Shown: positions 37,378 to 50,795, numbered from the stretch's first letter. The stretch is DNA of 64,000 nucleotides from Macrostomum lignano (GCA_002269645.1 NIVC01002092.1:62001-126000); one strand, 5' to 3'. The notes: generated from the sequence alone by a model not told the origin. A program made the numbers and translations.

Positions 37378-37740
37378 AGGGTTGCTATAGATCACCTGGA
37401 GACATGGGTACCTGGGGTTGCTATAGATCACCTGGAGACAGGGGCACCTGGGGTTGCTATAGATCACCTGGAGACAGGGGCACCTGGGGTTGCTATAGAT
37501 CACCTGGAGACATGGGTACCTGGGGTTGCTATAGATCACCTGGAGACAGGATAACTAGGGCCCGGGTTGCTATAGATCACCTGGAGACAGGGGTACCTGG
37601 GGTTGCTATAGATCACCTGGAGACAGGGGTGGGTTGCTATAGACCATCTAAAGACAGGGGTACCAGGGGGCTGCTATAGATCACCTGGCGACAGGAGTAC
37701 CAGGGGGCTTACTATAGTTCAAATGGACAGGGGTGCCAGG
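37378..37740. repeat. 36-bp minisatellite (GTTGCTATAGATCACCTGGAGACAGGGGTACCTGGG)
   Basis: Period 36 (37381, 37417, ...), decaying toward the TM exon. Confidence 0.93.
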
Positions 37741-37805
37741 GGTTTTCCAGGTAATAAAATCTGTAAATAATCGCAACAAAGATATGTATAATTGACATCA
37801 CAAAC

Positions 37806-37905
37806 CTGGACAGGTACCAGGAGATGAGCAGTATGAGCATGAGCATGGTGAGCACCAGGCCGATCCCGGTAACAGTCAGGATCCGGTCGGTTCGATGGAA
37901 GCAAT
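37806..37905 (-). CDS. Neuregulin-like transmembrane exon
   Basis: TTTTCCAG acceptor; CFHRTDRILTVTGIGLVLTMLMLILLISWYLSR resembles the NRG 'RVLTITGI' TM start; AG|GTTTGT donor. Confidence 0.88.
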
Positions 37906-37990
37906 CTGGAAAAGCAGTTCAAAAATGACTGTCTGGGCAACGCGAGATCAGCTGATTTATCAGCTGACGTTGTGAGGCGGCCTTTCTTAC

Positions 37991-38079
37991 CCAAGACTTT
38001 GCCTTTGCAGGTCTCGGTGAAGTTCTTGTAGGGCATCATGTTCCTCTCACAGCGGTCTCCATGGTAGGGGTAGGTGCAG
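37991..38079 (-). CDS. Neuregulin-like EGF domain, second half (C5-C6)
   Basis: CCCCAG|C acceptor; CTYPYHGDRCERNMMPYKNFTETCKGKVL; G|GTAAGA donor. Confidence 0.9.
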
Positions 38080-38194
38080 CTGGGGATGGCGGAGCGGGGC
38101 GGGTTGAGATCTGAGATTTGACAACGCATAACTCCGCAAGAATCCCTCGCGTCACTCCTGAACTCCTCTGAGAATTTCTCTTGAACTATTTTGA

Positions 38195-38462
38195 GAATCG
38201 CCTCTAAACTCATCTAGAAATCGTCCCTAAACGTCTCCAAGAATCGGCCCTAAACCCCTTCCAAGAATCGCCCCTAAACCCCTTCCAAGAATCGGCCCTA
38301 AACCCCTTCCAAGAATCGCCCCTAAAACCCTTCTAAGAATCGCCCCTAAACTCTTCCAAAAATCGCCCCTAAACTCCTCCAAGAATCGCCCCTAAACCCC
38401 TTCCAAGAATCACCTCTAAACCCCTTTTAAGAATCGGCTCTAAACCCTTCAGAAGAATCGCC
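38195..38462. repeat. 24-bp minisatellite (AAGAATCGCCCCTAAACCCCTTCC)
   Basis: Direct reading. Confidence 0.9.
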
Positions 38463-38994
38463 AGCTTCATCACAGGATTAAGTGTGTGACACAAGTCAGC
38501 TGAATCAGAACTTGGCCCAGGCCAACTGCATCATTGACCTTCGGAATCGATGTCGGAGTGCGGAGGCTTCGATCAGGGCCTGGAGGCCAAATACTTGCAC
38601 CATAAGCCGCTGACTCGTTGCAATTATTTCTGTCACCTGGGCTAAAAAAAGTGTCAATTTCAACGCCCATCAATAAATGACCAATGGGAATTGGGAAGAT
38701 TTCCCCGGCGCAGGAATGATACGACTCAGATAGGGAAGGGCAGCCAGAGAGCCAGCACGGATCAACACCCACCATAGCAACTCACTCCGACACCCCAAAT
38801 CCCAATCGCGAGTCAGTAATTCCCACCAAATCCCCGATCCCCCATCGCGAACACGCCGGGGCCAAAATGAGAGATTTCCGCTGCGTCGAACACCCACTGG
38901 CTCGTATTGGCACACTTTCTTTATAATGCTAAACTATTTTCCTTTTCTGAGTATTTTTATCCCAGATACGAATAGTAAAAATTAAATGGTTTTT

Positions 38995-39490
38995 TAAAGG
39001 GCTCGAACCTGAGACCTCTAGCTGTGACCTAAGGGAAAATTCAGGCTCAACTCAGAAATAAACTCAAGTTACACTAGGGCTCGAACTCGGGACCTCTAGT
39101 CGCGACCTGAGGGAAAATTCGGGCTCAACTCGGAAACGAACTCAAGTTACACTAGGGCTCGAACCCGGGACCTCTAGTCGCGACCTGAGGGAAAATTCGG
39201 GCTCAACTCGGAAACGAACTCAAGTTACACTAGGGCTCGAACCCGGGACCTCTAGTCGCGACCTGAGGGAAAATTCGGGCTCAACTCGGAAACGAACTCA
39301 AGTTACACTAGGGCTCGATCGAACCCGGGACCTCTAGTCGCGACCTGAGGGAAAATTCGGGTTTATAATTGAACTCGAGGTTACACTAGGATTCGAACTC
39401 GCAGCCTCAAGCCGGACCTCAGAAAAAGTTTTGATCAAAATCAAACTCAGGATCACGCTATAGGGCTCGAACCGGGGACCTCACGAATGC
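38995..39490. repeat. 78-bp tandem repeat carrying a Pol III B-box-like motif
   Basis: GGGCTCGAACCCGGGACCTCTAGTCGCGACCTGAGGGAAAATTCGGGCTCAACTCGGAAACGAACTCAAGTTACACTA, period 78. Confidence 0.9.
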
Positions 39491-40169
39491 AAGCAATGCT
39501 GGTGCAGACGTTGAGGTCATAAAAATGGAAAGAGCCGCTCCAACGCCCTCTTAATAACCCTGTCCCCTTTTCTCTCGCCATCAAGCTCTGATGGGGAACC
39601 TTTATCCGATCCCAGCCAAGCGTGAAAACTGAGCCCCGAGCTTCTCCATGTTGTGGGAAATTATTTTTCCGCGAAATGATCTATTAAAATAGTTCTCCTT
39701 GGCTGAGTAGAGATTGCCGCCCCGTGTTGATTCGGGAGATGCCCGCCCAGGTGTGGATGACAAACGACTGAGCCCCGCTCCCCCAGTTTTTATGGGAAAT
39801 CGTCAGTTCCTCTCTGCATCTCTCAAGCTGCGGCAGCGATGAAAATTCTTCCATAGCTCGGAATTGGGCGTCCCGGATCTCGCGTGGGCCCTCCTCTCTT
39901 CTTCATCTTCATGCCCCCTGCTTTCTCTCTTTGCCAACCCCCTTAGGCGACAAGCACTGGGATAAAATAATGGGAGAGACTTGGAAGCGAGTCTAGCATA
40001 GCAACCAAACAACTTAGCACTTCTTTCTCAAGTAAATATAATTTCATAGATGTAAGATGACTGCATTGGGCAAGATACACAGTTATTACTCATAATTTGG
40101 TTAATGATGTGTAGGCTACGAGCTCAGCTTCTTCGAATGCGGCATAACGCAGATTTGAAGGGTGGTGGC

Positions 40170-40345
40170 TGTCGCTCACACAGGGTCCACAGCGCTGACT
40201 TTCTTAACGTAAGGCATTTACACTCCGCCTTGGGGTTGGCCCTCACGGTCGAGAACTGAATAGATATTGCATAGTGCCTTTCCGCGAGAGCTAACCGCGG
40301 TCAGCTCTGCTTAACTCAACTCTACTTAGCTCAGGCAGGGCCACT
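40170..40345 (-). mobile_element. Degenerate SINE-family fragment sharing the central domain
   Basis: GGCCAACCCCAAGGCGGAGTGTAAATGCCTTACG on the minus strand aligns to the 36-kb and 59-kb SINE cores. Confidence 0.55.
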
Positions 40346-40794
40346 CAAGCACAGAAATGAACTCACACAAGTTCTGCAGTTAGCGAGACAATGAAAATGC
40401 AAAAAAACTGCATTGTCAAACTGAAGCCGTCCGATTCACAATTAACTGTGTTTTTGCAGCTCGCTGTTGGTAATATTCACTAATTATTAATTACCTTGTG
40501 ACAAAAGGCTTTTGACAGTCAGACTGTTAAAAAAATTTCCTTTGGGAGAAATTTCAGTTGGCAGAATCCCGCCGCTTCTTTCAATTGTCTCCAGTTTTTG
40601 CATCCAGTCATAATTATTTTCCCATTGTTATACTTGGGCTTCAATACTAAATACTTCAGACTCCGCCCCTTCTTCAGTGTTTTGTGGGAACAGAATTTCA
40701 CCAGCTGTCCGGGAGATGGCCTGTGCGTCTGATGTGGATTTTGCTGCGAGATCGGCGGACTAGTCTGGAGATTCTGCCTCTAATAGCTGCAGAA

Positions 40795-41695
40795 TCCCAA
40801 TGAGATCTAGAGATTCACAATGAAATCTAGAGATTCACAATGAGATCTAGAGATTCAAAATGAGATATAGAGATTCCCAATGAGATCTAGAAATTCACAA
40901 TATGATCTAGAGATTCAAACTGGGATCTAGAGATTTACAATAAGATCTAGAGATTCAAAATGAGATCTAGAGGTTCAGTTTGAGATCTAGAGGTTCATTT
41001 TGAGATCTAGAGGTTCAGTTTGAGATCTAGAGGTTCAGTTTGAGATCTAGAGGTTCAAAGTGAGATCTAGAGATTCACAATGAGATCTGGAGATTCACAA
41101 GGAGATCTAGAGATTCACAATGAAATCTAGAGATTCACAATGAGATCTAGAGATTCACAATGAGATCTAGAGATTCCCAACGAGATCTAGAGATTCAAAA
41201 TGGGATCTAGAGATTCCAAATGAGATCTAAAGATTCAAAATGGGATCTTACTTCCTTATTTACAATAAGATCTAGAGATTCAAAATGAAATCTAGAGATT
41301 CCCAATGAGATCTAGAAATTCACAATAAGATCTAGAGATTCGAAATGGGACCTAGAGATTTACAATAAGATATAGAGATTCAAAATGAGATCTAGAGGTT
41401 CAGTTTGAGATCTAGAGGTTTAGTTTGAGATCTAGAGGTTCAGTTTGAGATCTAGAGGTTCAGTTTGAGATCTAGAGGTTCAGTTTGAGATCTAGAGGTT
41501 TAGTTTGAGATCTAGAGGTTCAGTTTGAGATCTAGAGGTTTAGTTTGAGATCTAGAGGTTCAGTTTGAGATCTAGAGGTTTAGTTTGAGATCTAGAGGTT
41601 CAGTTTGAGATCTAGAGGTTCAGTTTGAGATCTAGAGGTTCAGTTTGAGATCTAGAGGTTTAGTTTGAGATCTAGAGGTTCAGTTTGAGATGTAC
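40795..41695. repeat. 20-bp minisatellite (TGAGATCTAGAGATTCACAA / TGAGATCTAGAGGTTCAGTT), ~45 copies
   Basis: Direct reading. Confidence 0.97.
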
Positions 41696-42284
41696 TTTAC
41701 GCTTTCTTGATTTCCTATTTGCTTTACAAATTCAGTTATTTTTCCTCACATCGATTTCGCATGCAGCTCAAAGAGTTTGGCACGTTTGAAAGTTTTCAAC
41801 GAACCCAACTTCTCCAATCGATTCGAACTCGCAACTTCACTTTGCGTGCAAACTGAAACTCGAAGGCGACCACTTAAACCTTGGACTTAAAACGCGCCCT
41901 CTACATGTACCGTGATCGATAATTTTTGTACTAACTTTGCAGTCAAACTAACTGACTACATTGCACTCTCCGTTAGCTTGAGTAGTCAGGGCTGAGAGGC
42001 AGTTAAGAAGTAGGACATCTCCTCTTCTGCTTAAGGATGCGACTGGAACCAGTGGAGGTGCAAAGGTGCAAATCTCACATTAAGCTAAACTAGGCTGAGT
42101 GAGGCGGGCTGGGTGATAATCCGTTTGTACCCTGCCGGACAATGAGAAAGTCAGGGATTCGAACTCGGGAGCCCAGGTACACATTGAACGCATTAATCTC
42201 AAAGCTATTTTTTGCTCCCATTGATCTGATCAGTAAAATGAAAGGCCTTCATGCCCAGTTGCTCGGCCAGCCTCCCAGCCTCAC

Positions 42285-42360
42285 TTGCAGAACTTGATGC
42301 CGCCAGGGTAGCTGCTGCAGCTGCCGTTGTGCAGGCAGTAGAGCGGCGGGCAGGCCGAGT
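42285..42360 (-). CDS. Neuregulin-like EGF domain, first half (C1-C4)
   Basis: CCGCAG|AC acceptor; SACPPLYCLHNGSCSSYPGGIKFC; AA|GTGAGG donor, phase-matched to 38079. Confidence 0.9.
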
Positions 42361-42668
42361 CTGCGGGGTGGTTTTGGGGGGGGGGGCGTGCGACTGTTGC
42401 AATGAGATAATTAGAAATCTGATGGCAGCAGTCTGAGTTGGTACGATAGCTTAATAATGATAATCATTGCATTCCAATACTGCGTGCGCAATTAGCTTGA
42501 AAAGATACGAGTGAGGTGGCTGTCACATTATGGACTGCATAGATGAGGAATCGAAGAGGCAGGAAGATTTGAGAATGGAAACCAGGCTTTTGCAAAGTGA
42601 AATGAAGTCCATATATTGGATTGCATTTTGCCTGCCCTGAGCTGTATTCTGTGACGTTTCCGACTCAC

Positions 42669-42716
42669 CATCGACAATGGCCGGTGAAGTGGTGGTGAAG
42701 GGCAGCGTAGGCAGCA
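42669..42716 (-). CDS. Neuregulin-like Ig-EGF linker exon (48 nt)
   Basis: ATCAG|TG acceptor; VLPTLPFTTTSPAIVD; G|GTGAGT donor; phase 1-1. Confidence 0.8.
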
Positions 42717-43350
42717 CTGATTGAACTGAAATTGGTGTTCAACAGTTAAATATGTACATTGCTTTAACTGGCACGAGCTCAAACTGGATTCTGATTGGTC
42801 GGGAGTGGCCTATACAGTCTAGAGCTAAAGCAGGATTGGAATGTACATTTGTACATTGGCTGGAACTCTACGGACCCCAAGCTGGATTCTGATTGGTCGG
42901 GAGTGGCTATACAGTCTAGAGCTAAAGCAGGATTGGATGGAACTCTACGGACCCCAAGCTGGATTCTGATTGGTCGGGAGAGGTCTATACAGACTAGAGC
43001 TAAAACAGGATTGGATGGAACTCTACGGACCCCAAGCTGGATTCTGATTGGTCGGGAGAGGGGTCTATACAGTCTAGAGCTAAAACAGGATTGGATGGAA
43101 CTCTACGGACCCCATAAATTCAGTAAAAGTACTTTTAACCCGGAAAAATCCATTTCCTTTAAAAATCTAGTTGTTCTTTTTACAACTTCGCATAGAGCTT
43201 TAGAACTGTATCTTTCAAACTTAAGTTTCGAAGATTAAAAAAACTTTTCTGAGTAAAAGTGTCAATCAAGCATGCGAGTGAGAACATTTCACCTAGAAAA
43301 CATCTGTGCATTTTTTTGGCACGATCCGAGCATCAGATTGCAAAACTCAC

Positions 43351-43463
43351 CGGCCACGTAGACCCACTTCTGTATGGAGCCGTGATTGTTCTCCGCCTTG
43401 CAGGTGTAGTTGCCGGAGTCGCCGATCGAGATTCTGGATATTTGCAGCGTGGACACCAGGTGC
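43351..43463 (-). CDS. Neuregulin-like Ig (I-set) domain, second half
   Basis: HLVSTLQISRISIGDSGNYTCKAENNHGSIQKWVYVA with the DxGxYxC motif; G|GTGAGT donor. Confidence 0.92.
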
Positions 43464-43759
43464 CTGAGGGGTTGGCGGTCGGGGTGACAGGACTGACTAA
43501 CAGCTGACTGATAAGCTAGTTTGTAGATGCAAATCACAGCGGACACGCAGCCAGGGGAGGAGGCCAGCAGTCAGGCCTATTCCTCTGGCTCCTGAGGATA
43601 CACACTCTCACACAGGGTGTACAGCAGCATATAAAATTTCTGTGCCAATACCCACTCGCCTAATTTCTGTATTCGGCATTACTCAGCTAAATTACTGTGT
43701 GGCTGGCAGAGTACGGAATCAAACCCGGGCACTTTGAGTCCTCTGAGCTATTTTACGGG

Positions 43760-43975
43760 TGACGGGACTCAAGGATGGGTGACGGGGGACTCAAGGACGG
43801 ATGATGGGGGACTCAATGACGGATGATGGGGGACTCAATGACGGATGATGGGGGACTCAAGCAAGGATGATGGGGGACTCATGGACGGATGATGGGACTC
43901 ATGGACGGATGATAGGACTCAAGGGCGGATGATGGGACTCATGGACGGATGATGGGACTCAAGGACGGACGATGA
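43760..43975. repeat. 21-22-bp minisatellite (GACGGATGATGGGGGACTCAAT)
   Basis: Direct reading. Confidence 0.9.
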
Positions 43976-45109
43976 TTATCCATCTGGAGTTCAGCTCGCA
44001 TAGTTGGTCCCAGTTCACAAGACTCCAGCTATTCCAGATGTGTTGGCTCTAACTGGGAGCATCGCTTTGAAATCCGCATTGTTGGAATCCCAATTTCCAG
44101 CGATCCCTGGGCTCCGCTCCCCTCACCGCCTCCCCTCTCCAACTTCTGGCCCAGAAGCCGCTCGAATCCCCCCGTTTAGTCCCCAATTAATGGGCGGATT
44201 TGCGTCTGAGACTGCGGGAGGCCAGCGCTGCCCCACCACCCACCCATCCCCTAGAAGACGCTGGAAGATGATGCAGCACCAAAGTCTGCCGTCTGTCTCC
44301 AGGGCTGCTGATTTGGCTATTAGATCTGCTTCATCACTAGACAGACAATTCATCACTCATGAGCCAACTCGTACTGTGCTGCTTTGGGAAATGGAAAACT
44401 CGCGTAAATGAAGGGCCTGCGTGACGAGGCCTCCAGTGTCTCCCTTTATCTCCTGTCTACATCACAATTAAAGAGGATAAACTGGATAAAGATCAGCATG
44501 ATAATTTTGTCTATTGAAATACAAACCCTTTAGAAATTCTGCCGCAAACGATTTTGAGTTCAAGATCGGCTGCATGCCGAGACGGAGATGTAAAGTGCGA
44601 TGGAAGCAGACAGATACTAACTATGCATTTGGGGAAAATATTAGAGATTGGTTTACACAGCTCAGGTAGCTACGTAATAAGTTAGCTATGTTAACAGTAC
44701 TATTAATGAATACGATTGACAGGTCCAACCCCACATTCTGGGATGAGGCTTCCCAGCTGCTCTGGCTGGCAATAAATGCACGAATGAGACCTGAAAATCC
44801 ATACACTCCGAAGGAAACTTCGAATCTAGCAGGGAAAGGCGAAGATGGCTGCAGTACTCAAACTCCTCGAACTGGGATAATTTTCCCACATAGAGAAGAA
44901 TGTTGGATCGCATTTCGACAAATTGTATTTCTACTCTGGTTGAGAGGCTGGGAGCGGCGAAATGAGGAGAGATGAGAAAGATTGGCAGCGTGAAGATGGA
45001 GATCTGAGCAAACAGAGCCGCGCTCGACCTGTTCTGCTGTCCAGTCCGCGTACGAGCGTATGGTTCTGCCATACTCTGCTGTCTCTGCCACCTGCCTCCC
45101 CGCCTCCCT

Positions 45110-46370
<1,261 letters not shown>

Positions 46371-47029
46371 GAGAGGGGGAATGCAAGGTAAAAACAGGGC
46401 GAGGGGAAGCAGTTCACATGCTTGAAACGCGCAAAAGAATTTTGCAAAAGCATCGATAGCTACTCAGTGCGGAAACTGCTGGGACACAAGCAGACTCAGC
46501 GATAAAGGAGAGAGAGGGGGGAATGAAAGTGAGAAGCGGTAGCTAAAGGAAATTCAGAAAACCGTTTCGATTTGTGGAAGAGGATTCGCTTTATTTGCTC
46601 TGAGCTGTCAGTGCTGATACAGTGGGCCACACGTGGATAAGTGCAAAGCACTTTGACAGGTAGCTCTGCTTTTTAACTTGCTGCTTAGAGACTTCTCAAA
46701 TAGAATGTCTGGCCAGCTATTGCAATGCGATAAGTCAATGCATTCTGCATCGTAACCTTATTACGGCTGCTGATATTCCTAAAATTTTTATATGGTCTGT
46801 CAACTGAGATCAGAAAGCACAGTAGGAAGCATTTATCAAAATTTATAATAAAACTCGATAATTAAATTTTCAGTTCCTGAAATTGAGCACCGTATACAGT
46901 ACTCTTAAGAAGACTGACTCATTTTTCTAAAAGTTTCTTTAAAAAGGAAACTTAAATTGAATAATTAAAACAAAGGTGTTTCTCAAATCTCTTGTTGTTA
47001 AGCACTGTTCTGAGTTTTAAGTTCTGATA

Positions 47030-47712
47030 ATAATTATAATAATAATTGGTTCTATCAGCTATTGCACCGGCTCATCTGAAGGCTGCGTACGGCTGTTCAG
47101 TCTAAGGACTGGGGGTTCGCCACAAACATTCTCAATTACGTTCCCATTTTACAGCTGGGTGAACTGAAGCAATGTTAAGTGTCTTTCTCCCGCCCTGCAG
47201 GGACATCAGGGCGGTGACCATGGCCCTCTCGGGTCATGGCTGTTTTGCCAGTCATCGCCACCTCCAGGGAAAAATCCGCAGTGAGGAATGACCCTTCTGC
47301 CTCTCCGGTGTCGAGAATGCGGAGCACTTCATCTGTGAATGCCCCGCCTTTACTCAGGTCAGGCTCACCTACCTCGGCCTAAACCCGGATCTCTCCGACG
47401 CTTTTAGGTCCGAGAATCTCTGCTAGCTCGTCCGCTACCTATGGGCTACCGGGCGAGCGACCATCCACCTCCTGGACACCGGCACCACCGGATCTCCCTG
47501 CGCGACACCGCAGCACCAGCTACCTGTGGTTGCCAGGGGTTAGCGGGAGGGGCGGCAACGCCTCCTCGCTGCATTCGGATGCACGGAGCCCCCTGCAGCT
47601 GAGTCAAGAAGTGTCTTGCTCAAGGACACAAACTGTTCCGAGTGGGTCCAGAATCGAACCCCCAACCTTCCAGTCGTGAGTGGGACGCTCTAACCACTAG
47701 GCCACAGCCCCC
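47030..47712 (-). mobile_element. CORE-type tRNA SINE split by a LINE fragment
   Basis: Head GGGGCTGTGGCCTAGTGGTTAGAGCG...GGTTCGATTC. The rejoined body GTGTCCTTGAGCAAGACACTTAAC...CTTCAGTTCACCCAGCTGTAAAATGGG resembles the MIR CORE sequence. Confidence 0.75.
47186..47608 (+). mobile_element. 5'-truncated non-LTR retrotransposon (ORF2 C-terminal zinc knuckle + 3' UTR)
   Basis: LSGHGCFASHRHL...*PFC...ENAEHFICECPAF...R, typical of the I/R1/Jockey-group ORF2 end, with in-frame stops. 9-bp TSD AAGTGTCTT at 47177-47185 and 47609-47617. Confidence 0.82.
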
Positions 47713-47768
47713 CTGTTCCGATCAAGCAAGCTCTGATGAATTCATACTGACAGTCACGGAGGACTCAC

Positions 47769-47958
47769 TGGGATTCCTGATCGGCGTGCTCCTCCTGCTG
47801 CACGTTCACGTTCTCCTTCATGACGAGGTTGCGGCCGCCCCGGCTCCACACGATCTTGGGGTTCGGCTTACCCCTGGCTCGGCACTTCACTATGAGCGTC
47901 TTGCCCTCGCCGATCTTGATGCTGTTGTGGATTGGGTACACGACTTCCGGCTCGGAGG
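47769..47958 (-). CDS. Neuregulin-like Ig (I-set) domain, first half
   Basis: TTCCTTGCGCAG acceptor; SEPEVVYPIHNSIKIGEGKTLIVKCRARGKPNPKIVWSRGGRNLVMKEN...; CA|GTGAGT donor, phase-matched to 43463. Confidence 0.92.
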
Positions 47959-48119
47959 CTGCGCAAGGAATAAAAATGATGGCGAGTGGTATTTACGGAC
48001 TTCTTTAATTCTCCACCTGTGTCAGTTGTGGCACAGATGTTCGAACTTGTGAAAGCATATTTTAATAGCTGTAGTTCATTGGCTGGGCGTAAGGTTTATG
48101 AGACTTTGTGGCCAATCTG

Positions 48120-48325
48120 TTGAGATTTTGAATCATAAGTGTGAGATTTTGAATAAAAAGGATGAGATTTTGAATAATAAGTGTGAGATTTTGAATAATA
48201 AGGATGAGATTTTGAATAATAAGTGTGAGATTTTGAATATTAATAAGGATGAGATTTTGAGTCATAAGGATGAGATTTTGAATAATAAGTGTGAGATTTC
48301 AAATAATAAAGACGAGATTTTGAAT
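48120..48325. repeat. 21-bp minisatellite (GAGATTTTGAATAATAAGTGT/GGAT)
   Basis: Direct reading. Confidence 0.9.
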
Positions 48326-49152
48326 CTCAGAGCAAAAATTTTCTGCCAAAAATGGAGATAGCTCTCACTGCAGTTTGGGGATTTTCAATCATGCATCTAG
48401 TATCAGGTTTTGCACAGAGAAGATGCGATATTGTACTCGTATAAAATAACTTAAGAATGACTTAATGGAGAAATATTAACAAAGACTTCAAAGCTATCCC
48501 GCAGAGCTGCTTCCATGATCTGCCCTCAGCTCTCACCCCTGTAGAGGCTCCAGAAGATGTGAACAAACTGACTGTCGGGGCTTCCGCCATTCGGCTCGGT
48601 GTGTTGGTACTGGCCTTGGTCCTGCATTCTCTAGCAGATAAGTTTATCCCGACTCAACTCCCTTTTTGTCCTCAAATAAGAGAGCGCCGGGAGCCGGAAG
48701 CAGCGATGGAGTTCTTCTTATTCTGCAGACCAGGGGCTGCTCGGCATGGGATTGGCTGCTCACAGCAGCTCAGCATTTTGAGCTTTTGCATGGTAATTTA
48801 TTTCTACCAATCCATTTTCCTGAGCGAGATCAATGTATAATATTGTAATCTAAGCAAATTAATATTTGTTTAGATGCTTTTGACTGTCAAAATTGAGCTA
48901 TGAAAATAATTCAAATCATTTTTTGTCATTTTTATTTCATTAGCTTCTCCAAAAGTTAGCTACTAAAACATGAAAACTGTTTATAGTCCTACTTTTCTAC
49001 TCAGAAGCTGTTGAGTAGTAGTATGATAAGCATATCGTGCTCTTAGATTAGCTAGCAGCCTAAAGAAGCTTAAAGTCAAACCAGTTTTACATAATACGTT
49101 GTTATTATGAAACCCGTGTGTCAATGTTACTCACGAGGGACTCACTTGTACC

Positions 49153-49289
49153 TTAGAGTACCCAGCTCATTCGGGTATTTAACCTACAGAGTACCCAGCC
49201 CATTCGGGTATTTAACCTACAGAGTACCCAGCTCATTCGGGTATTTAACCTACAGAGTACCCAGCTCATTCGGGTATTTAACCTACAGA
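49153..49289. repeat. 33-bp tandem repeat x4 (AGAGTACCCAGCTCATTCGGGTATTTAACCTAC)
   Basis: Direct reading; each unit has TACCC...GGGTA arms. Confidence 0.92.
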
Positions 49290-50047
49290 GGCATCGCATA
49301 GGTTTATAATTCTTTATGTGAATACCGCAATGTAAGACTGCTGCCAAGAGAGCAAATTGACTCCAATGCTGAATTTAAACGCACGGCATTCCATCAGCGC
49401 CTGTCTCGGACAGCTGGGCAATGCATTCCCCTGCTTGAAGTGCAAAAGCAACAGACTCGAAAGCAACACCCTGATACATGATTGCTTCTGCTGTTGCTGC
49501 CTGTCCTGAATCAGGCCGTTAATCCAGCAGTTAACCCGAAACCGCGGCCTCTATCCGCTGGCAGAGACTAATCCAGAAGTTGATTAACTAACAGAAGAAA
49601 ATAACAAAAAAGGGCGCCCAGCTTGATTTTTTTAAGGCTTAGCTCGTAGCTAGCTGGACGATTTCGGGCAAAAAACAAGGATTATGAAGAAGTTGAACGG
49701 CAAGCTTAGAAGCCAAGATGTTCACCCACTGTGCCTGCAGTGTGATGAAGAAAGAGGCTGAGAGAATCTTAGTTAGCCACAAATTAGTTCTCGGGAGAGC
49801 AGTCCCAGGTGCTCCGCGGTCCTTATAAGCCAAGGGGGCACTCGGGTGTAACAGGCAGTCTTGACACGATTGCTTACTAATTATTAATGAGCTAGCTTGA
49901 CGTTTTGTGTGTTTCTTTAAACAAATCTGATCAGTTTTACAAAAATCGGACCAATTTTGGAGATTAAAACTGGCAAACTTCCTGGCCATTTCTTGGAAAC
50001 TGATCTCTGGAGATTTGAAGCTTTCTTAGAAAATAGATCGTGGACCG

Positions 50048-50635
50048 GCTGTTTCTTGGAAAGCTGGGTTTTAATTTTTTACGGTATCTAGCTGCTTCTT
50101 GTAAATTGTAAACATTGAATTTAGTGTAGCTGTTTCTTGGAAATTGAAAACATTGAATATAGTTTAGCTGTTTCTTAGAAATGGAAAACATTGAATATAG
50201 TTAAGCTGTTTCTTAGAAATGGAAAACATTGAATATAGTTTTGCTGTTTCTTAGAAATGGAAAACAGTAAATTTTGTTTAGCTGTTTCTTAGAAATTGTA
50301 AACATTGAATTTAGTGTAGCTGTTTCTTGGAAATTGAAAACATTGAATATAGTTTAGCTGTTTCTTAGAAATGGAAAACACTGAATATAGTTTAGCTGTT
50401 TCTTAGAAATGAAAAACAGTAAATTTTGTTTAGCTGTTTCTTAGAAATGGAAAACGGTAAATGTAGTTTAGCTGTTTCTTAGAAATGGAAAACGGTGAAA
50501 GTATTGTAGCTGTTTCTAAGAAATAGAAAAAAACATTGGATGTAGTTTAGTCGTTTCTTAGAAATGGAAACTTTGTGGTTTCGGTGGTTCGAGGAAAGTA
50601 GAAAGAAATGGATTTAGCTGCTTCTAAGAACTCGA
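50048..50635. repeat. ~38-bp minisatellite with TTTCTTAGAAA core
   Basis: GCTGTTTCTTAGAAATGGAAAACATTGAATATAGTTTA and variants. Confidence 0.9.
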
Positions 50636-50795
50636 AAGACGTGATAATTTTTTAATGTTTCCAGATGGAGAAATGTGTTCATTTTCTGGAAAACCAAAAT
50701 ATTTTTTCTTAGAAATTGACATCATTCAAGACAAGAAATTAGAAACAGTTTGATTTTTGTCTGTTCCTGAGAAAATTCTGAGATCTGCTCATTAC

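Noticed and set aside
38995-39490. tRNA gene cluster
   Set aside because: Only the T-arm/B-box is present, with no A-box, D arm or acceptor-stem pairing. The SINE heads elsewhere are likewise not functional tRNAs.
40367-40785. Extra neuregulin exons in the EGF-splitting intron (7-nt AACTTGT micro-exon at 40373-40367; ~63-nt segment near 40700-40765)
   Set aside because: Inclusion would break the C4-x-C5 EGF pattern or introduce a stop; the direct 42285->38079 join is already perfect.
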